Below are positions 8,654 to 18,774 of a stretch of DNA of 64,000 nucleotides, in pieces. The DNA is from a virus. Below the pieces are notes generated by a model. That model did no database searches. It worked only from the letters and a program-made list of their open reading frames with translations, and was not told the DNA's origin. Made by a program: the position numbers and the translations under genes. Numbering within the stretch: position 1 is the stretch's first letter; the number at the start of each line of letters is the position of its first letter. Location: positions 32,001-96,000 of IMG/VR virus record IMGVR_UViG_3300025133_000030; one strand, given 5' to 3'.

Positions 8654-11143
8654 ATGAACTTCAATTCAATCTGGAAATCTTACCTCAACGAAGAAAGAGA
8701 CTTAGAGCTTCTTATTGAAGGTAAGCTTTCTGATGCCAAAAAGAAATTTAACGACTTAAACGAGAGAGGGTTTATAGATCTATTGCGCGGCCTGATCGAA
8801 GAGAGACTAGGCCCTAGAGCAGTGCCGAAATATATTATGTGGGCCGCGAAACATTTGGACTTTCAGAGAGTCCACGAGAATAGCGCAGAACAATTTCTAA
8901 GAAACCAATCCCTTGTGATTGCAGACTCTCTAGCCTTTTTTGAGAACAATCAAGATAGAATGCCAGAGAAAGACATCAACAAATATAAGAGCTTGGCCAG
9001 TCTGGTGGCAGATGTAAGACAGACCGGCGCATCGCAGACGCAATTGAGAAAGCAAGAGAAAGAGACAGCAAGGGAAGGTTCAGAGATTGTGTATGATGAT
9101 AACGATATCTTCGCAGTGAGGCCATACACAGAAGACGCTTCCTGTTATTACGGCAAAAACACTAGATGGTGCATCTCTGCTACTGACAGTAAAAACTATT
9201 TCGATCAGTACACTTCCGACCGCAAAGGTTTTGTCATGGTCAGGTTTAATAATATAGCAGAGGATGACCCGCTCAGGCGATTGGCAATGGTTTTTGATGC
9301 TGAAGGCTATCTCGAAGAGGTCTTCGATGCCCAAGACGAGGGCCACGACGGCCGCATCGTTGAAGAAGCTATCAGTAAGAACAATCCAAGCTTAGAAGAT
9401 GAAGAGGTATCAGAACTATATGAGGATCTTGAAGCGGCCGGGTCTGACAACATTGCCACCACCCCACCAGATCCGTCTGCTGGTTTCGAGGCTCAAGCAG
9501 ATAAGCTGGAAGAAGAATATAGAGACTCTATAAAACATGCTTTCTATCATTACGATATCGATGAGTACATGTATTTTGGTGGCGGTTTCGAATTCGAATT
9601 CGATTTAGGTCGCTTCGAAGGTGCAGAGTACCAATTACCAAACTACTTCAGTGACCGCGAATTGGAAGATACACTGAGGGAGGAAGGAAACCTCTATGGC
9701 ATTGATGATATAGATATTAGCGAGACTGGCGGCACAGTAGACATAAGAGTGATGCTTAATGCACAAGACTACGAACCCAACCCCGATGGTTATGATTCAT
9801 TCTTGTCTGAACTCTCAACAATGGATGATAACTATGTTGACCTGAAACGAATAGTCGAAAAGTATCTTGTCAAAGAGGGGTATATGATGCCCTCAGCATT
9901 TGATGCTGCCAATGAAGAGTTGGCCGATTTCGCGTCAACTTTAAAGAATTTTGAGCTGTCTAGCTCTTCTGACGAAGATCAGATGGTCTTTACCAATAGC
10001 AATGCCATTCCTCTTGATTTACCAGAAGGTAGAGATAGAATGGGCACCCTCGGCCATGGAGGAATGCTTAACAAACTGGATATTAAAATAGGCGGAAACC
10101 CCAATCGCCGGCCTGCATATCCCGGCAACAATGAGTTTCTCAAGAGACTCATGAAAGAATTGCAGGGTTTGAATAGGCAGTTTATAATATTGATGCAAAA
10201 ACAATTGCAGCTTCCGATTGCCGACCTGCCCCCGAGAGTCATCGAGGAATTATCAATACCAGACAATCTGGTGGTTACTTTTCACGGCGACCACACCGGC
10301 ATGAATCGTAGCGTTACCGCGAGAGTTGCGTTCTCTTTGGACACAGAAGTGACGCGAGAGGTCATTGATGCATCGATGGCAGCGATAAAATTTATGGACC
10401 AAAGCTATAAAGGGATTGAAAAAACTATTAGCAATGTGTTGACGGAAATGTGGAGGGAAATTCAAGACGAAGCATTGGATAAGTTCAAGGCAATGCCAGA
10501 GCAGTGGCAACAAGTGCTCACAATTGCGAAAACGAAGCATACTATGAATGCCAATGTTAGAGCAATAATTAAGGATTTGCGCTCGTGGCTCTTGGAAAAG
10601 GGTACCGGCATCGCCCCCGGAATAGAAGATCATTTTAAGCAGCTTGCAAATTTGTTAAAATCAAAAGGGGATCTACCAGAGGATTTTGAACTTCCCAAGG
10701 TTGGGTTCAATTTGAAAGATCAATCAGTAAAACAGAAGACAATAGCTACACAATTTAATCCTCCAACAATCGCAGAAGAGGTTGAAAGATATCTTTCTGG
10801 CATCTCCGAAGAGAAAGGCCGCAGCCGACAAAGGGGTATATACAAGTTTTATTGTATGATAGGTTACACAGTCACGGGAGGAGATAGCCAGCGAGGTTTG
10901 GATGACATACTAGCTGATATGAGAGCCCTGCCGAATGTGACTATCGTAACTGTTGTGGTGGCAAACCAAAGACTGTCAGAAGAGCAGTACATTGCAGGTC
11001 TAAGTATCAAGTTTATACCAACTGTTCCCGGTTCAATCCAAGCACCGGAGAATGTAAAGTCCAGAATAGTGAGGGACATTCGTCGCATAGGGAATGTCTC
11101 TAAGGTTTTTAAGATTTCTACCTCTCTCGAAAGAATAGAATAA
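8654..11143 (+). CDS. large putative internal virion protein with PcfJ-like segment
   Basis: WKSYLNEE N-terminus; ASCYYGKNTRWCIS; ACTAATTA upstream. Confidence 0.55.
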   Translation: MNFNSIWKSYLNEERDLELLIEGKLSDAKKKFNDLNERGFIDLLRGLIEERLGPRAVPKYIMWAAKHLDFQRVHENSAEQFLRNQSLVIADSLAFFENNQDRMPEKDINKYKSLASLVADVRQTGASQTQLRKQEKETAREGSEIVYDDNDIFAVRPYTEDASCYYGKNTRWCISATDSKNYFDQYTSDRKGFVMVRFNNIAEDDPLRRLAMVFDAEGYLEEVFDAQDEGHDGRIVEEAISKNNPSLEDEEVSELYEDLEAAGSDNIATTPPDPSAGFEAQADKLEEEYRDSIKHAFYHYDIDEYMYFGGGFEFEFDLGRFEGAEYQLPNYFSDRELEDTLREEGNLYGIDDIDISETGGTVDIRVMLNAQDYEPNPDGYDSFLSELSTMDDNYVDLKRIVEKYLVKEGYMMPSAFDAANEELADFASTLKNFELSSSSDEDQMVFTNSNAIPLDLPEGRDRMGTLGHGGMLNKLDIKIGGNPNRRPAYPGNNEFLKRLMKELQGLNRQFIILMQKQLQLPIADLPPRVIEELSIPDNLVVTFHGDHTGMNRSVTARVAFSLDTEVTREVIDASMAAIKFMDQSYKGIEKTISNVLTEMWREIQDEALDKFKAMPEQWQQVLTIAKTKHTMNANVRAIIKDLRSWLLEKGTGIAPGIEDHFKQLANLLKSKGDLPEDFELPKVGFNLKDQSVKQKTIATQFNPPTIAEEVERYLSGISEEKGRSRQRGIYKFYCMIGYTVTGGDSQRGLDDILADMRALPNVTIVTVVVANQRLSEEQYIAGLSIKFIPTVPGSIQAPENVKSRIVRDIRRIGNVSKVFKISTSLERIE

Positions 11144-11745
11144 TGCCATCTCCAACTCCGGAAGAAAACAATCGTATAAAAATTCAAGATATTGTAGATG
11201 AGATGCTCGGAGATGATAAGATCGTTTTGGGCCTGTCTAGGTTTGCCTATTGTTTTGACGAAGAAAAGCAAGAAAACTTCATAAAAATGTTCTGGCAGCA
11301 GAGTACTGTCTCCGGAGAAGGTAGAGTGAGTCACGAAATTGAAAGTCATGGCAACGGAGCAGTCGATGCCTTGTTTTCATACCTTACAAGCCATTATTCT
11401 CCAGAATTTAAAACGATAAAGGGCATAAAATTTGAAAACTTCTATGTAAGACCATTCTTTAAAAAATCAGGATCAGGCTCGAATGCGGAAGTGGAAGTTG
11501 TCATGGAGTTTAACACAAAAAGAAAAAAAATAGTAACATTCAGGCATACTAGCAAATCGTTTGTGCTGTCCGCAGCAAAAGTGATATTCTCGGCTGTTGA
11601 GTTTTATATTAATGCAGAAAAGGCCTTCAAGAAATTAAGATTTTTAATAAAGGACGCTAAAAATAGAAGCCGCGGCGACCTATTTAGTGAATATAGTTAT
11701 AAGTTGTCTATAGTGGTGGATGCCACATCTTATATAGGGGTTTAG
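11143..11745 (+). CDS. stand-alone LeuA allosteric/dimerisation-domain-like protein
   Basis: ESHGNGAVDALF and GSNAEVEV motifs. Confidence 0.55.
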   Translation: MPSPTPEENNRIKIQDIVDEMLGDDKIVLGLSRFAYCFDEEKQENFIKMFWQQSTVSGEGRVSHEIESHGNGAVDALFSYLTSHYSPEFKTIKGIKFENFYVRPFFKKSGSGSNAEVEVVMEFNTKRKKIVTFRHTSKSFVLSAAKVIFSAVEFYINAEKAFKKLRFLIKDAKNRSRGDLFSEYSYKLSIVVDATSYIGV

Positions 11746-11949
11746 TACGGTGAAGTTTGATTTTCGCGTTCATTTGATGGCAATAATCTTAACAGCAATG
11801 ATTTTTACGGCAGCAAAGAGAGCAAAGCAAGAAAATATGAAAAAAAACATGACAATACCGGAGAAAACAGTAGGTGAGCGATAAGTTCTTTCAATACTGT
11901 CTTGTTGCTTGGATCCTCGCGTTGGTTTCTCTCGGAGTTGTTGTGACCA

Positions 11950-12267
11950 TTGCCTCTGATCGAATCGAGGAGCAAAAGAAACAAGTTGAAAGGGTACCGA
12001 CAGGAAGAGGAAATTAAGATAGGCGACCTAGTGAACCACGTTCTTTACGATAAATCGTGGATTGGTTTGGTGTTGGACATAGATATGGAACTAGACGCTT
12101 TAAAGAAAGAAGGCAGGGCGTTGGTGAAGATGGTCCCCGGAACTTGCTATGAATTTCACTTTGGCTTAAAGTGGCTTAAGAAGAGAGCAGGCCAGACAAA
12201 GGGGTGGATTTCTCTGAGGTGGGTCAGGAAAGTGAAATATCCATCAAATGTTGAAAAAAAAACTTGA
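11950..12267 (+). CDS. GDLV-type SH3/KOW-like protein
   Basis: IKIGDLV...IGLV...GWI. Confidence 0.6.
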   Translation: MPLIESRSKRNKLKGYRQEEEIKIGDLVNHVLYDKSWIGLVLDIDMELDALKKEGRALVKMVPGTCYEFHFGLKWLKKRAGQTKGWISLRWVRKVKYPSNVEKKT

Positions 12268-12303
12268 CACTTGATCAAAAATATGCCATTATATAAAAAC
12301 TAA

Positions 12304-12377
<74 letters not shown>

Positions 12378-12385
12378 CTAACAAA

Positions 12386-12568
12386 ATGCTAGAACAAGAA
12401 AGGGTACTGCTGGGAGATCTCGTTGAGCATCGCGATTACGTCACAGTCCTTATAGGGGTTGTGACTGAGGTACACCCAAAGATAAGCAAGGCCACAGTTT
12501 ATTGGAGGAACTTCGACGAGCACACCACCTTAGATATTAAAAAATTGATTGTCTTAGCAAGAAAATGA
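12386..12568 (+). CDS. GDLV-type SH3/KOW-like protein
   Basis: LLGDLV...IGVV...VYW. Confidence 0.65.
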   Translation: MLEQERVLLGDLVEHRDYVTVLIGVVTEVHPKISKATVYWRNFDEHTTLDIKKLIVLARK

Positions 12569-12783
12569 AATCACTAGATTTACATAATTATAGTCATGAC
12601 GAAGCTGAAGATATGGTAATGACGTTCCTTAATTGGACTGAGGTACCTTGCAAGATAATCACAGGTAACTCAAAAAAGATGAAAACAATAGTAAGAAGTG
12701 TGGTATACTATTATGGTCTACATTGCTATGACGAGAGTGCTTTTAATTGTGGCGCTTTAATCGTTGTGGAGGGTGAGTGGTAG
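12565..12783 (+). CDS. Smr-domain-like protein
   Basis: SLDLHN...KIITGNS...NCGAL. Confidence 0.7.
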   Translation: MKSLDLHNYSHDEAEDMVMTFLNWTEVPCKIITGNSKKMKTIVRSVVYYYGLHCYDESAFNCGALIVVEGEW

Positions 12784-12862
12784 CAGATGAGTCATTTGAT
12801 TTCGATAGTGATATTGTCCATGTTGGTAGCAATAATTGTTTATACCAATACGTGAGGCCTAG

Positions 12863-12936
12863 GCCCGAATAGCTCAGTTGGCCAGAGCGCCGCTCTTGTA
12901 AAGCGGACGTCGTCGGTTCGAATCCGACTTCGGGCT
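12863..12936 (+). tRNA. tRNA-Thr(TGT)
   Basis: GCCCGAA/TTCGGGC stem, CTTGTAA loop, GTTCGAAT. Confidence 0.93.
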
Positions 12937-12948
12937 CTTATTTTAAGG

Positions 12949-13497
12949 TTGTTTATGTTTCATATGATTATAACTGTGTTGATTCTCTTGATGAGCCCCT
13001 TGGGTTTGGAGTGGTATGACACACACGTCAAGGCCCCAAAGATAGATAGTTATACTCGTATGACAGGAACCCCGCTCGCAGGCCTGATTGTTTATTTGGG
13101 CGATGATCTCGACGAGATGGAAGCGGAACTACAGCTAGAATATCAATCAGGCAAGCTCTCAACTGCGCTTCTAATTTTGGGACCAGCAGGTATAGATCGC
13201 TTTAATTGTGCAATAAAATATAAGAAGGTCGTCTCATCTCTAAGTGAGAAATATGGGATGTACTCTCGACGTGAGACGATTAGGGATCCTATCATAAATG
13301 ATCTGGTATCGGATGGTGGCTTTTGTAAGCAGGTGTCCATTGGACTTTATGAAGCTAGGACTTTCTGGCGAATAAAACAATTTAGAATTGTTGCGGATCT
13401 GGTTGGAGATAATTCTGAATTTTACATACATGTGTACTATTCTTTGATCTCGACAGGCGAAAAAATAAGAAAAAAGAAAATCTTAAAGAGATTATAG
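12949..13497 (+). CDS. hypothetical exported protein
   Basis: signal-like N-terminus. Confidence 0.6.
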   Translation: MFMFHMIITVLILLMSPLGLEWYDTHVKAPKIDSYTRMTGTPLAGLIVYLGDDLDEMEAELQLEYQSGKLSTALLILGPAGIDRFNCAIKYKKVVSSLSEKYGMYSRRETIRDPIINDLVSDGGFCKQVSIGLYEARTFWRIKQFRIVADLVGDNSEFYIHVYYSLISTGEKIRKKKILKRL

Positions 13498-13510
13498 CAG
13501 AGGTAAAATA

Positions 13511-13909
13511 ATGAAACTAGAGAATAATTTTAGCTTATCAGAGTTTAGATGTAAAGACGGCACAGACGTCCCAGAAGAGTATATGGATAATGTTATAAAG
13601 CTGGCCAAGAATCTACAAGCTTTGAGAGAGCACTTGAACCGTCCAATAAAGGTTATTAGTGGTTATCGTTCTCCGAGATACAATAGCCGCATCGGTGGAG
13701 CAAGAAAGAGCCAACACATGACAGCTTCAGCCGCAGACATTCAAGTACCCGGCCTGATGCCCTCTTATGTAAAGAAGGCAATAGTAGAGCTAATCAAGTC
13801 TGGAAAGATGGACTCAGGCGGCCTCGGCTTATATACAAGTTTTACTCATTACGATATTCGAGGCCGAAACGCACGATGGTTCGGCAGGGGAACCAAAGAC
13901 GATAACTAG
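13511..13909 (+). CDS. peptidase M15A (D-Ala-D-Ala carboxypeptidase/endolysin-like)
   Basis: NFSLSEFRCKDG, SGYRS, SQH...AAD, HYDIRG. Confidence 0.9.
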   Translation: MKLENNFSLSEFRCKDGTDVPEEYMDNVIKLAKNLQALREHLNRPIKVISGYRSPRYNSRIGGARKSQHMTASAADIQVPGLMPSYVKKAIVELIKSGKMDSGGLGLYTSFTHYDIRGRNARWFGRGTKDDN

Positions 13910-13917
13910 ACTGCAAA

Positions 13918-14005
13918 GGAGAGGTGGTCGAGCTGGTTTAAGGCACCGGTCTTGAAAACCGGCGTGGAGGTAACTTCACCGTGGGTTCGAATCCCACCCT
14001 CTCCG
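13918..14005 (+). tRNA. tRNA-Ser(TGA)
   Basis: GGAGAGG/CCTCTCC stem, CTTGAAA loop, long variable arm. Confidence 0.95.
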
Positions 14006-14068
14006 CAATTTAATTTATCATTTTATTCTTGACAATCGCATAAAAATATGAGACTATAAGGAACATAA

Positions 14069-14142
14069 CCGCTACGGCTGGCTGGTAGTCAGGAGGCGTC
14101 TTATAAGCGTCTTAAAGCAAGGTTCAATTCCTTGGTAGCGGA
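14069..14142 (+). tRNA. tRNA-Ile(TAT), atypical
   Basis: CCGCTAC/GTAGCGG stem, CTTATAA loop, CAAGG-TTCAATT-CCTTG T-arm; G at position 8; own TTGACA promoter. Confidence 0.75.
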
Positions 14143-14158
14143 CTAAAAAAGGAGATAA

Positions 14159-14491
14159 ATGAAAGCATTAGTTCTAACATTAGCGATTGCACTTGGCGGC
14201 TGTTCTTATGCGACAGTCAACACATACAAGACGCACAAGAGAAAGTGTACGACGCATTATGTCGCGCCTGCTGTCGACACATTGTTGGTAGTACCCCCCC
14301 TTTTTGTTTTGGGAGTTTTACCAGCGGCCATGGCCGGATGTTGCGGTGGGGGGAATGGTTCACCGTCAGCAACATCCGGCGATATTATACCCATCGCGCT
14401 CGGCGCAGCTGCCATGGCAATCGTCTCCGGATATTCAGCTACTCACGGATACAGGGAAGTTGCTGAATGCCGGGAGAGAAAAGGAAAATGA
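14159..14491 (+). CDS. putative lipoprotein, paralog 1
   Basis: LGGC lipobox-like; ATVNTYKTHKRKCT...APAVD. Confidence 0.7.
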   Translation: MKALVLTLAIALGGCSYATVNTYKTHKRKCTTHYVAPAVDTLLVVPPLFVLGVLPAAMAGCCGGGNGSPSATSGDIIPIALGAAAMAIVSGYSATHGYREVAECRERKGK

Positions 14492-14820
14492 AAACATTAA
14501 TTTTAACACTAGCAATTATACTTGGGTGTGGTTGTTCACTGGCAACAGTCAATACACACAAGACGCACAAGAGAAAATGTACCGAAAGTGAAGTAGCTCC
14601 GGTGATTGACTTCGCCCTGATGGTCACAGCGATAGGTTTGAGATTGCACTATAATCACGAGAACAAAATCGAAGAAGGATCACTCTTCGACCCATTCGCA
14701 GCCACTCGCCATGTAATGATGAACGGCGCATTTTATAGTGCTGCTGTCATAGCAGGAGGTTCAGGTGTTTATGGAGTATATCACACTGGAAACTGCCAAA
14801 GTAAGTTGGATAGAAGATAA
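14488..14820 (+). CDS. putative lipoprotein, paralog 2
   Basis: ATGA overlap; GCGCSLATVNTHKTHKRKCT...APVID. Confidence 0.7.
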   Translation: MKTLILTLAIILGCGCSLATVNTHKTHKRKCTESEVAPVIDFALMVTAIGLRLHYNHENKIEEGSLFDPFAATRHVMMNGAFYSAAVIAGGSGVYGVYHTGNCQSKLDRR

Positions 14821-15015
14821 GATTATTCCCATTGAAGAATTATTAGATGAATAACGTATATAAAATTATAGAAGAAGTGCTGTCAGAACAATCAAGTTTA
14901 AACGCAAACTTATCGTCATCGGCAGCGAGAAAACAAATAGCAGAACAAGTTTGCCTAAGGATAATAGGAAAGTTTTATGTTTTGCCATATTCTGACTGTA
15001 AGGAGAGTCAATCAG

Positions 15016-15279
15016 ATGAGTAAACACTTTAATGAAAAGGACCTAGTCAACTCAATAGCTATTGCCATGCTGCTTGCGTTAGTCGGTATTGGTTTGTTTG
15101 TTGCGTCGGCAACGGTGGAATCCAATGCACTGACCACTAATGTCGCAAAATTAGATGCTTCACATAGAGGCAAATTACTCAGAGAAGTTAGGCTTTTAAC
15201 TCTAGAACTTAAGATGGTCAAGAGCGATGTGGACGAAGTCAGAGAAGCTCTAAAAGAGATGGAAAAAAAAGAGAAGTGA
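15016..15279 (+). CDS. hypothetical TM plus coiled-coil protein
   Basis: AGGAG RBS; hydrophobic helix. Confidence 0.6.
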   Translation: MSKHFNEKDLVNSIAIAMLLALVGIGLFVASATVESNALTTNVAKLDASHRGKLLREVRLLTLELKMVKSDVDEVREALKEMEKKEK

Positions 15280-15713
15280 GCTACAGAGACTCATCAAACC
15301 AATCCGGCGATATGTCTCAACTAGCAGCGGCAATGGAAATCGCTCGCCATGGCTGGGTTGTCAACACGCCTCTCAGCAGAGATTCGATATATGATCTGGT
15401 AGTTGAATTGGGCCACCGAAACTTTCAAACCGTACAAGTCAAGACAATGTGCGGCAACAGCATTGCTAGGGTTGTTGATAGGTCGGGAGAGGTAGTGAGC
15501 AAGAACGGGAAGACGAGAAACTCTCTTGACTATGCGGAGCACGGCATCGACTGGCTGGTTGGGGTTCACAAAGAGACTGGTGAATGTTATTTTTACGATT
15601 TAGAAAACTATTCTCAAATACCCTCTAAGAGTTTTAGCGTGAGAAAGTATCCACCAAGTGAGTTTCCCTTCAACGAAGTGTCGAATCGGCATAGCAAAAA
15701 GGGAAATACGTGA
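15276..15713 (+). CDS. PD-(D/E)XK-type endonuclease (homing-endonuclease-like)
   Basis: GD...YDLVV...VQVKT...IDW. Confidence 0.65.
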   Translation: MSYRDSSNQSGDMSQLAAAMEIARHGWVVNTPLSRDSIYDLVVELGHRNFQTVQVKTMCGNSIARVVDRSGEVVSKNGKTRNSLDYAEHGIDWLVGVHKETGECYFYDLENYSQIPSKSFSVRKYPPSEFPFNEVSNRHSKKGNT

Positions 15714-16267
15714 AAAACCCTGAGCTTAAGATTTTCACCGGACCCATGTTTGGAGGCAAGACAACAAAATTGTTGGCAGCTCTTGAACGTTATCACTATC
15801 AGCATGAAGAGGTAAAGTTATTTAAGCCACGTATGGATGGTCGCTACTCCACAGAAAAGGTCATGACCCACAGCGGACTCAAACAGGATGCAATCTTGGT
15901 TAGTTCTGGCGATGAGATAATAGAGCACACCGGCAACACAAGAATAGTCGCAGTTGACGAGGTCTTTATGATAGAAGGAGCAGCAAGCGCGTTGCTGAAA
16001 TTGTTTTCAGAGGGTAAGACAGTGCTGGTCTCAACTTTGCAGCTATCATCGGAACCGAAGCCTCTACCAGAGATTAGAGACTTGTTGCCTTACGCGACAC
16101 AGATAGAGATATGTCCGGCGGTATGTTCGATGTGTAGCGAGGATGCACATTACACCAGAAGAAAAACAGATAGTTCGACCCAGATTGAGGTCGGCGGCAA
16201 AGAAGAATATGAGCCCCTATGCTATGCTCATTACAATAAGATTGTGGGGATATGGCGGAACAGGTAG
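15710..16267 (+). CDS. tdk: thymidine kinase
   Basis: GPMFGGKTT, VDEV, AVCSMC, VGGKEEYEPLC. Confidence 0.95.
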   Translation: MKNPELKIFTGPMFGGKTTKLLAALERYHYQHEEVKLFKPRMDGRYSTEKVMTHSGLKQDAILVSSGDEIIEHTGNTRIVAVDEVFMIEGAASALLKLFSEGKTVLVSTLQLSSEPKPLPEIRDLLPYATQIEICPAVCSMCSEDAHYTRRKTDSSTQIEVGGKEEYEPLCYAHYNKIVGIWRNR

Positions 16268-16330
16268 ACGCAGGAGACTTAAAATCTCCCGACTTCGGTC
16301 GTGTGGGTTCGATTCCCTCTATCCCTACCA
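16246..16330 (+). tRNA. tRNA-Leu(TAA) with encoded CCA
   Basis: GGGGATA/TATCCCT stem, CTTAAAA loop, variable arm with TTCG; overlaps the tdk 3' end. Confidence 0.9.
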
Positions 16331-16351
16331 AAGAGAAGCAAGGAATGAAAT

Positions 16352-16984
16352 ATGTGTAGAATAACTGGATTACAAGCTAGGACCATCGCATCGCAACTCA
16401 AACAGGCACTAGAGAAAAAAGGATACGCCTTCTTTGAGAATGGCGACCTCAACTTGAATATAGTCGGAGTTAGAAACGATTCAGCCCGCGCTGATGTTTT
16501 TGATGATTTTATGAATGTTATATATAAAATTGATGGCGAATGGGTTGTGGACTCCTATGTCATTACGACAGAACCCGGTCCAAACATTTTGAGAAAACCA
16601 CTTGCAGCAGTTAGGGATAAGGGTACTGCAATATTGGTACCCGACCAGTACAGATCCACTTATCGAATCGGCACTCACGGAGGGAAAAGAAAGTATACAG
16701 CTCTTGTGCAGAGGGGATCCAAAGTAAAGGTGTGGAGAGACAACAACCGAGACACCAAGCCTGATTATGTTGGCCCGGAAGACGAGGGTTGGTATGGGAT
16801 AAACATTCATAGGCAGTGGGGTTCGGACGAAAGAGAGTACACTGGAGGCATCAGTGCTGGTTGTCAAGTGTTTCAGAACAGTAAGAATTTTTATGAGTTC
16901 ATGGACACTTGCAATAGGGCCGCAGACAAGTGGGGTAACAATTTTACTTACACTTTGATTTGCGAAGAAGATTTAAAGTTTTAA
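16352..16984 (+). CDS. L,D-transpeptidase-like (YkuD) cell-wall enzyme, possible lysin
   Basis: GINIH...SAGCQVF (H-x-S-x-GC pattern). Confidence 0.6.
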   Translation: MCRITGLQARTIASQLKQALEKKGYAFFENGDLNLNIVGVRNDSARADVFDDFMNVIYKIDGEWVVDSYVITTEPGPNILRKPLAAVRDKGTAILVPDQYRSTYRIGTHGGKRKYTALVQRGSKVKVWRDNNRDTKPDYVGPEDEGWYGINIHRQWGSDEREYTGGISAGCQVFQNSKNFYEFMDTCNRAADKWGNNFTYTLICEEDLKF

Positions 16985-16996
16985 AAAGGAAATAAA

Positions 16997-17209
16997 ATGG
17001 AAAAGTTTAAAAATATTACAGTGGTGGTCATCTCTTCTATCCTTCTGAGCGCCAGTGGGTATTACGCAGGCCGTAAAGTTGCTTATGCGGAGTTTGAAAA
17101 GCCGTGGGAAACTATCGTGAATACAATAGGTTTTTGTGAGCGAGAAAACGCAATGTTAAGAAGTGCATTGGAACGCGCGTATGTTGGTCAGAAAAAAGAA
17201 AGTGAATAG
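16997..17209 (+). CDS. hypothetical membrane-anchored protein
   Basis: RBS and TM segment. Confidence 0.6.
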   Translation: MEKFKNITVVVISSILLSASGYYAGRKVAYAEFEKPWETIVNTIGFCERENAMLRSALERAYVGQKKESE

Positions 17210-17293
17210 CAGAAATTCAAATTAAAAGATTGACTTTGATTTGAAAAAATGCTATAGTGTATATACTAACAAAATGAAAGGAAGTTAACTAAA

Positions 17294-17497
17294 TTGTTAG
17301 AAAATGAAAAATCGCTATATGTTACCGATTCTTCCGGAGACTCTTTTCTGGTAGAAATCAGAGAGGAGTATGGCTATGTCTCTTTAAACATAGGTGATAG
17401 CTTTAGGATTGATATGAACCCTGATGAGGCTTTCGACATCGTCGATGCCCTCACCATGGTGGCCAATGATGTAACCAGCCATACTGGTGAGTCCTGA
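17294..17497 (+). CDS. hypothetical protein
   Basis: follows TTGACT...TATAGT promoter. Confidence 0.6.
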   Translation: MLENEKSLYVTDSSGDSFLVEIREEYGYVSLNIGDSFRIDMNPDEAFDIVDALTMVANDVTSHTGES

Positions 17498-17802
17498 TGT
17501 CGAAAGATGATGATAGAGATACTAATAATTCTGACCCTGACAACGGACGCTGGAAGTTTACTTTTGCCGGTACTGGAAACCCTCACCGCGACAAAGGCCG
17601 AGGCCGTGAAATCTCGGGATATACACCAAGCAGAGAAAAAGAAACAAAACAAAAAGATATGGAAATGACAAAAAAAGAACTTGATGTTTTTAACAATATT
17701 TACGCACTCTTGGAGCAGAATGAAAGCCTCGCCCTCGACGACGACGATGACAAGAAGATTCTGTGCCACAAGCTTGTGAAATGGTTTGTTTCTTCAAAAT
17801 AG
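17497..17802 (+). CDS. hypothetical protein
   Basis: TGATG overlap. Confidence 0.55.
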   Translation: MSKDDDRDTNNSDPDNGRWKFTFAGTGNPHRDKGRGREISGYTPSREKETKQKDMEMTKKELDVFNNIYALLEQNESLALDDDDDKKILCHKLVKWFVSSK

Positions 17803-17834
17803 AGAAAATAATACAATTATAACATAATTACTAT

Positions 17835-18047
17835 GTGCTACCAAGGACTTTCCTACGTGACGATGAGGTCTCTATTTTAGATCGACCCATGGGCCACAAA
17901 ACTCGTATTCACGGAAGAATCGTTGGAGTCGTTTCCGAAGGTTGTTACAACGTGTTAATGTTGAATGGCCTCCAAGAGGGTAACATAGTAAGTTATAAAT
18001 CTTGGCTTCTAGAAAAAAGTTCTCTTAAAGCAGACCTCGCAGAATAA
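17835..18047 (+). CDS. hypothetical SH3-like protein
   Basis: GRIVGV...YNVL. Confidence 0.5.
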   Translation: MLPRTFLRDDEVSILDRPMGHKTRIHGRIVGVVSEGCYNVLMLNGLQEGNIVSYKSWLLEKSSLKADLAE

Positions 18048-18120
18048 AGAATAAATCTCAGCAAACTCGCGATTTTTTTCTTGACAGATTTTTTTTTCTG
18101 GGATATAATAATACATAAGA

Positions 18121-18774
18121 TTGAAAAGTAAAGACAACCAATTGACTGAAGTAAATACAGACATCGATGTCATTTCTCGCATCGACTCCGCAGAAAAGTA
18201 TCTCAACCTGTTTAGTGCAGAGGGGCTTATAACGTCGTACACATACGAGAAGCATGCTTCTTTTTTTGAATCGATACGAACGCAATTTAAAGTGAAGGGG
18301 TCGCTGTCTGTCGGACAAAAGGATTGGCTCTCAAGTCTTTGCGTTAGATATAACGAGGAGCAACTAAACGAAGGAAGAGAGTGGCTTGCAAACTATGACG
18401 ATCAAATGGCACTCAACACACAAAGGGTGGCTCAATATTACTTAAGCAACCCCCCATACTTCGGTGTTCTTGCTAGGCGAGTCATGGATGGCCATATTCT
18501 CTCCAAGGCAGAATATCATAAGATGTGCTTAAATAAATACGCACAAAAGATCCTGATGGAGTATGATAAAGAGCCCCGGTTTAACAAAGGTCAGATGGTG
18601 CAATTTAGAGCAATTAGCAATAGGGCAGGACAACATGCGGTCGTGTTGAGTTCGGAGGGCCGGCCAATTACTAAAGCAGTAAAAGGAGCAAGAGAGTATA
18701 AACTTCTGCCAGTTGGTTCGACATCGCCTATTTATTCCATGGAAAAGAACCTCAAGAGGGCGAAAAAGGCATGA
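18121..18774 (+). CDS. hypothetical protein with C-terminal SH3-like domain
   Basis: TTGACA...TATAAT directly upstream; FNKGQMVQF. Confidence 0.7.
   Translation: MKSKDNQLTEVNTDIDVISRIDSAEKYLNLFSAEGLITSYTYEKHASFFESIRTQFKVKGSLSVGQKDWLSSLCVRYNEEQLNEGREWLANYDDQMALNTQRVAQYYLSNPPYFGVLARRVMDGHILSKAEYHKMCLNKYAQKILMEYDKEPRFNKGQMVQFRAISNRAGQHAVVLSSEGRPITKAVKGAREYKLLPVGSTSPIYSMEKNLKRAKKA

Noticed and set aside
15276-15713. Intron or mobile element around the PD-(D/E)XK endonuclease
   Set aside because: It overlaps both neighbours by 4 bp, with no interrupted gene or intron structure; treated as free-standing.
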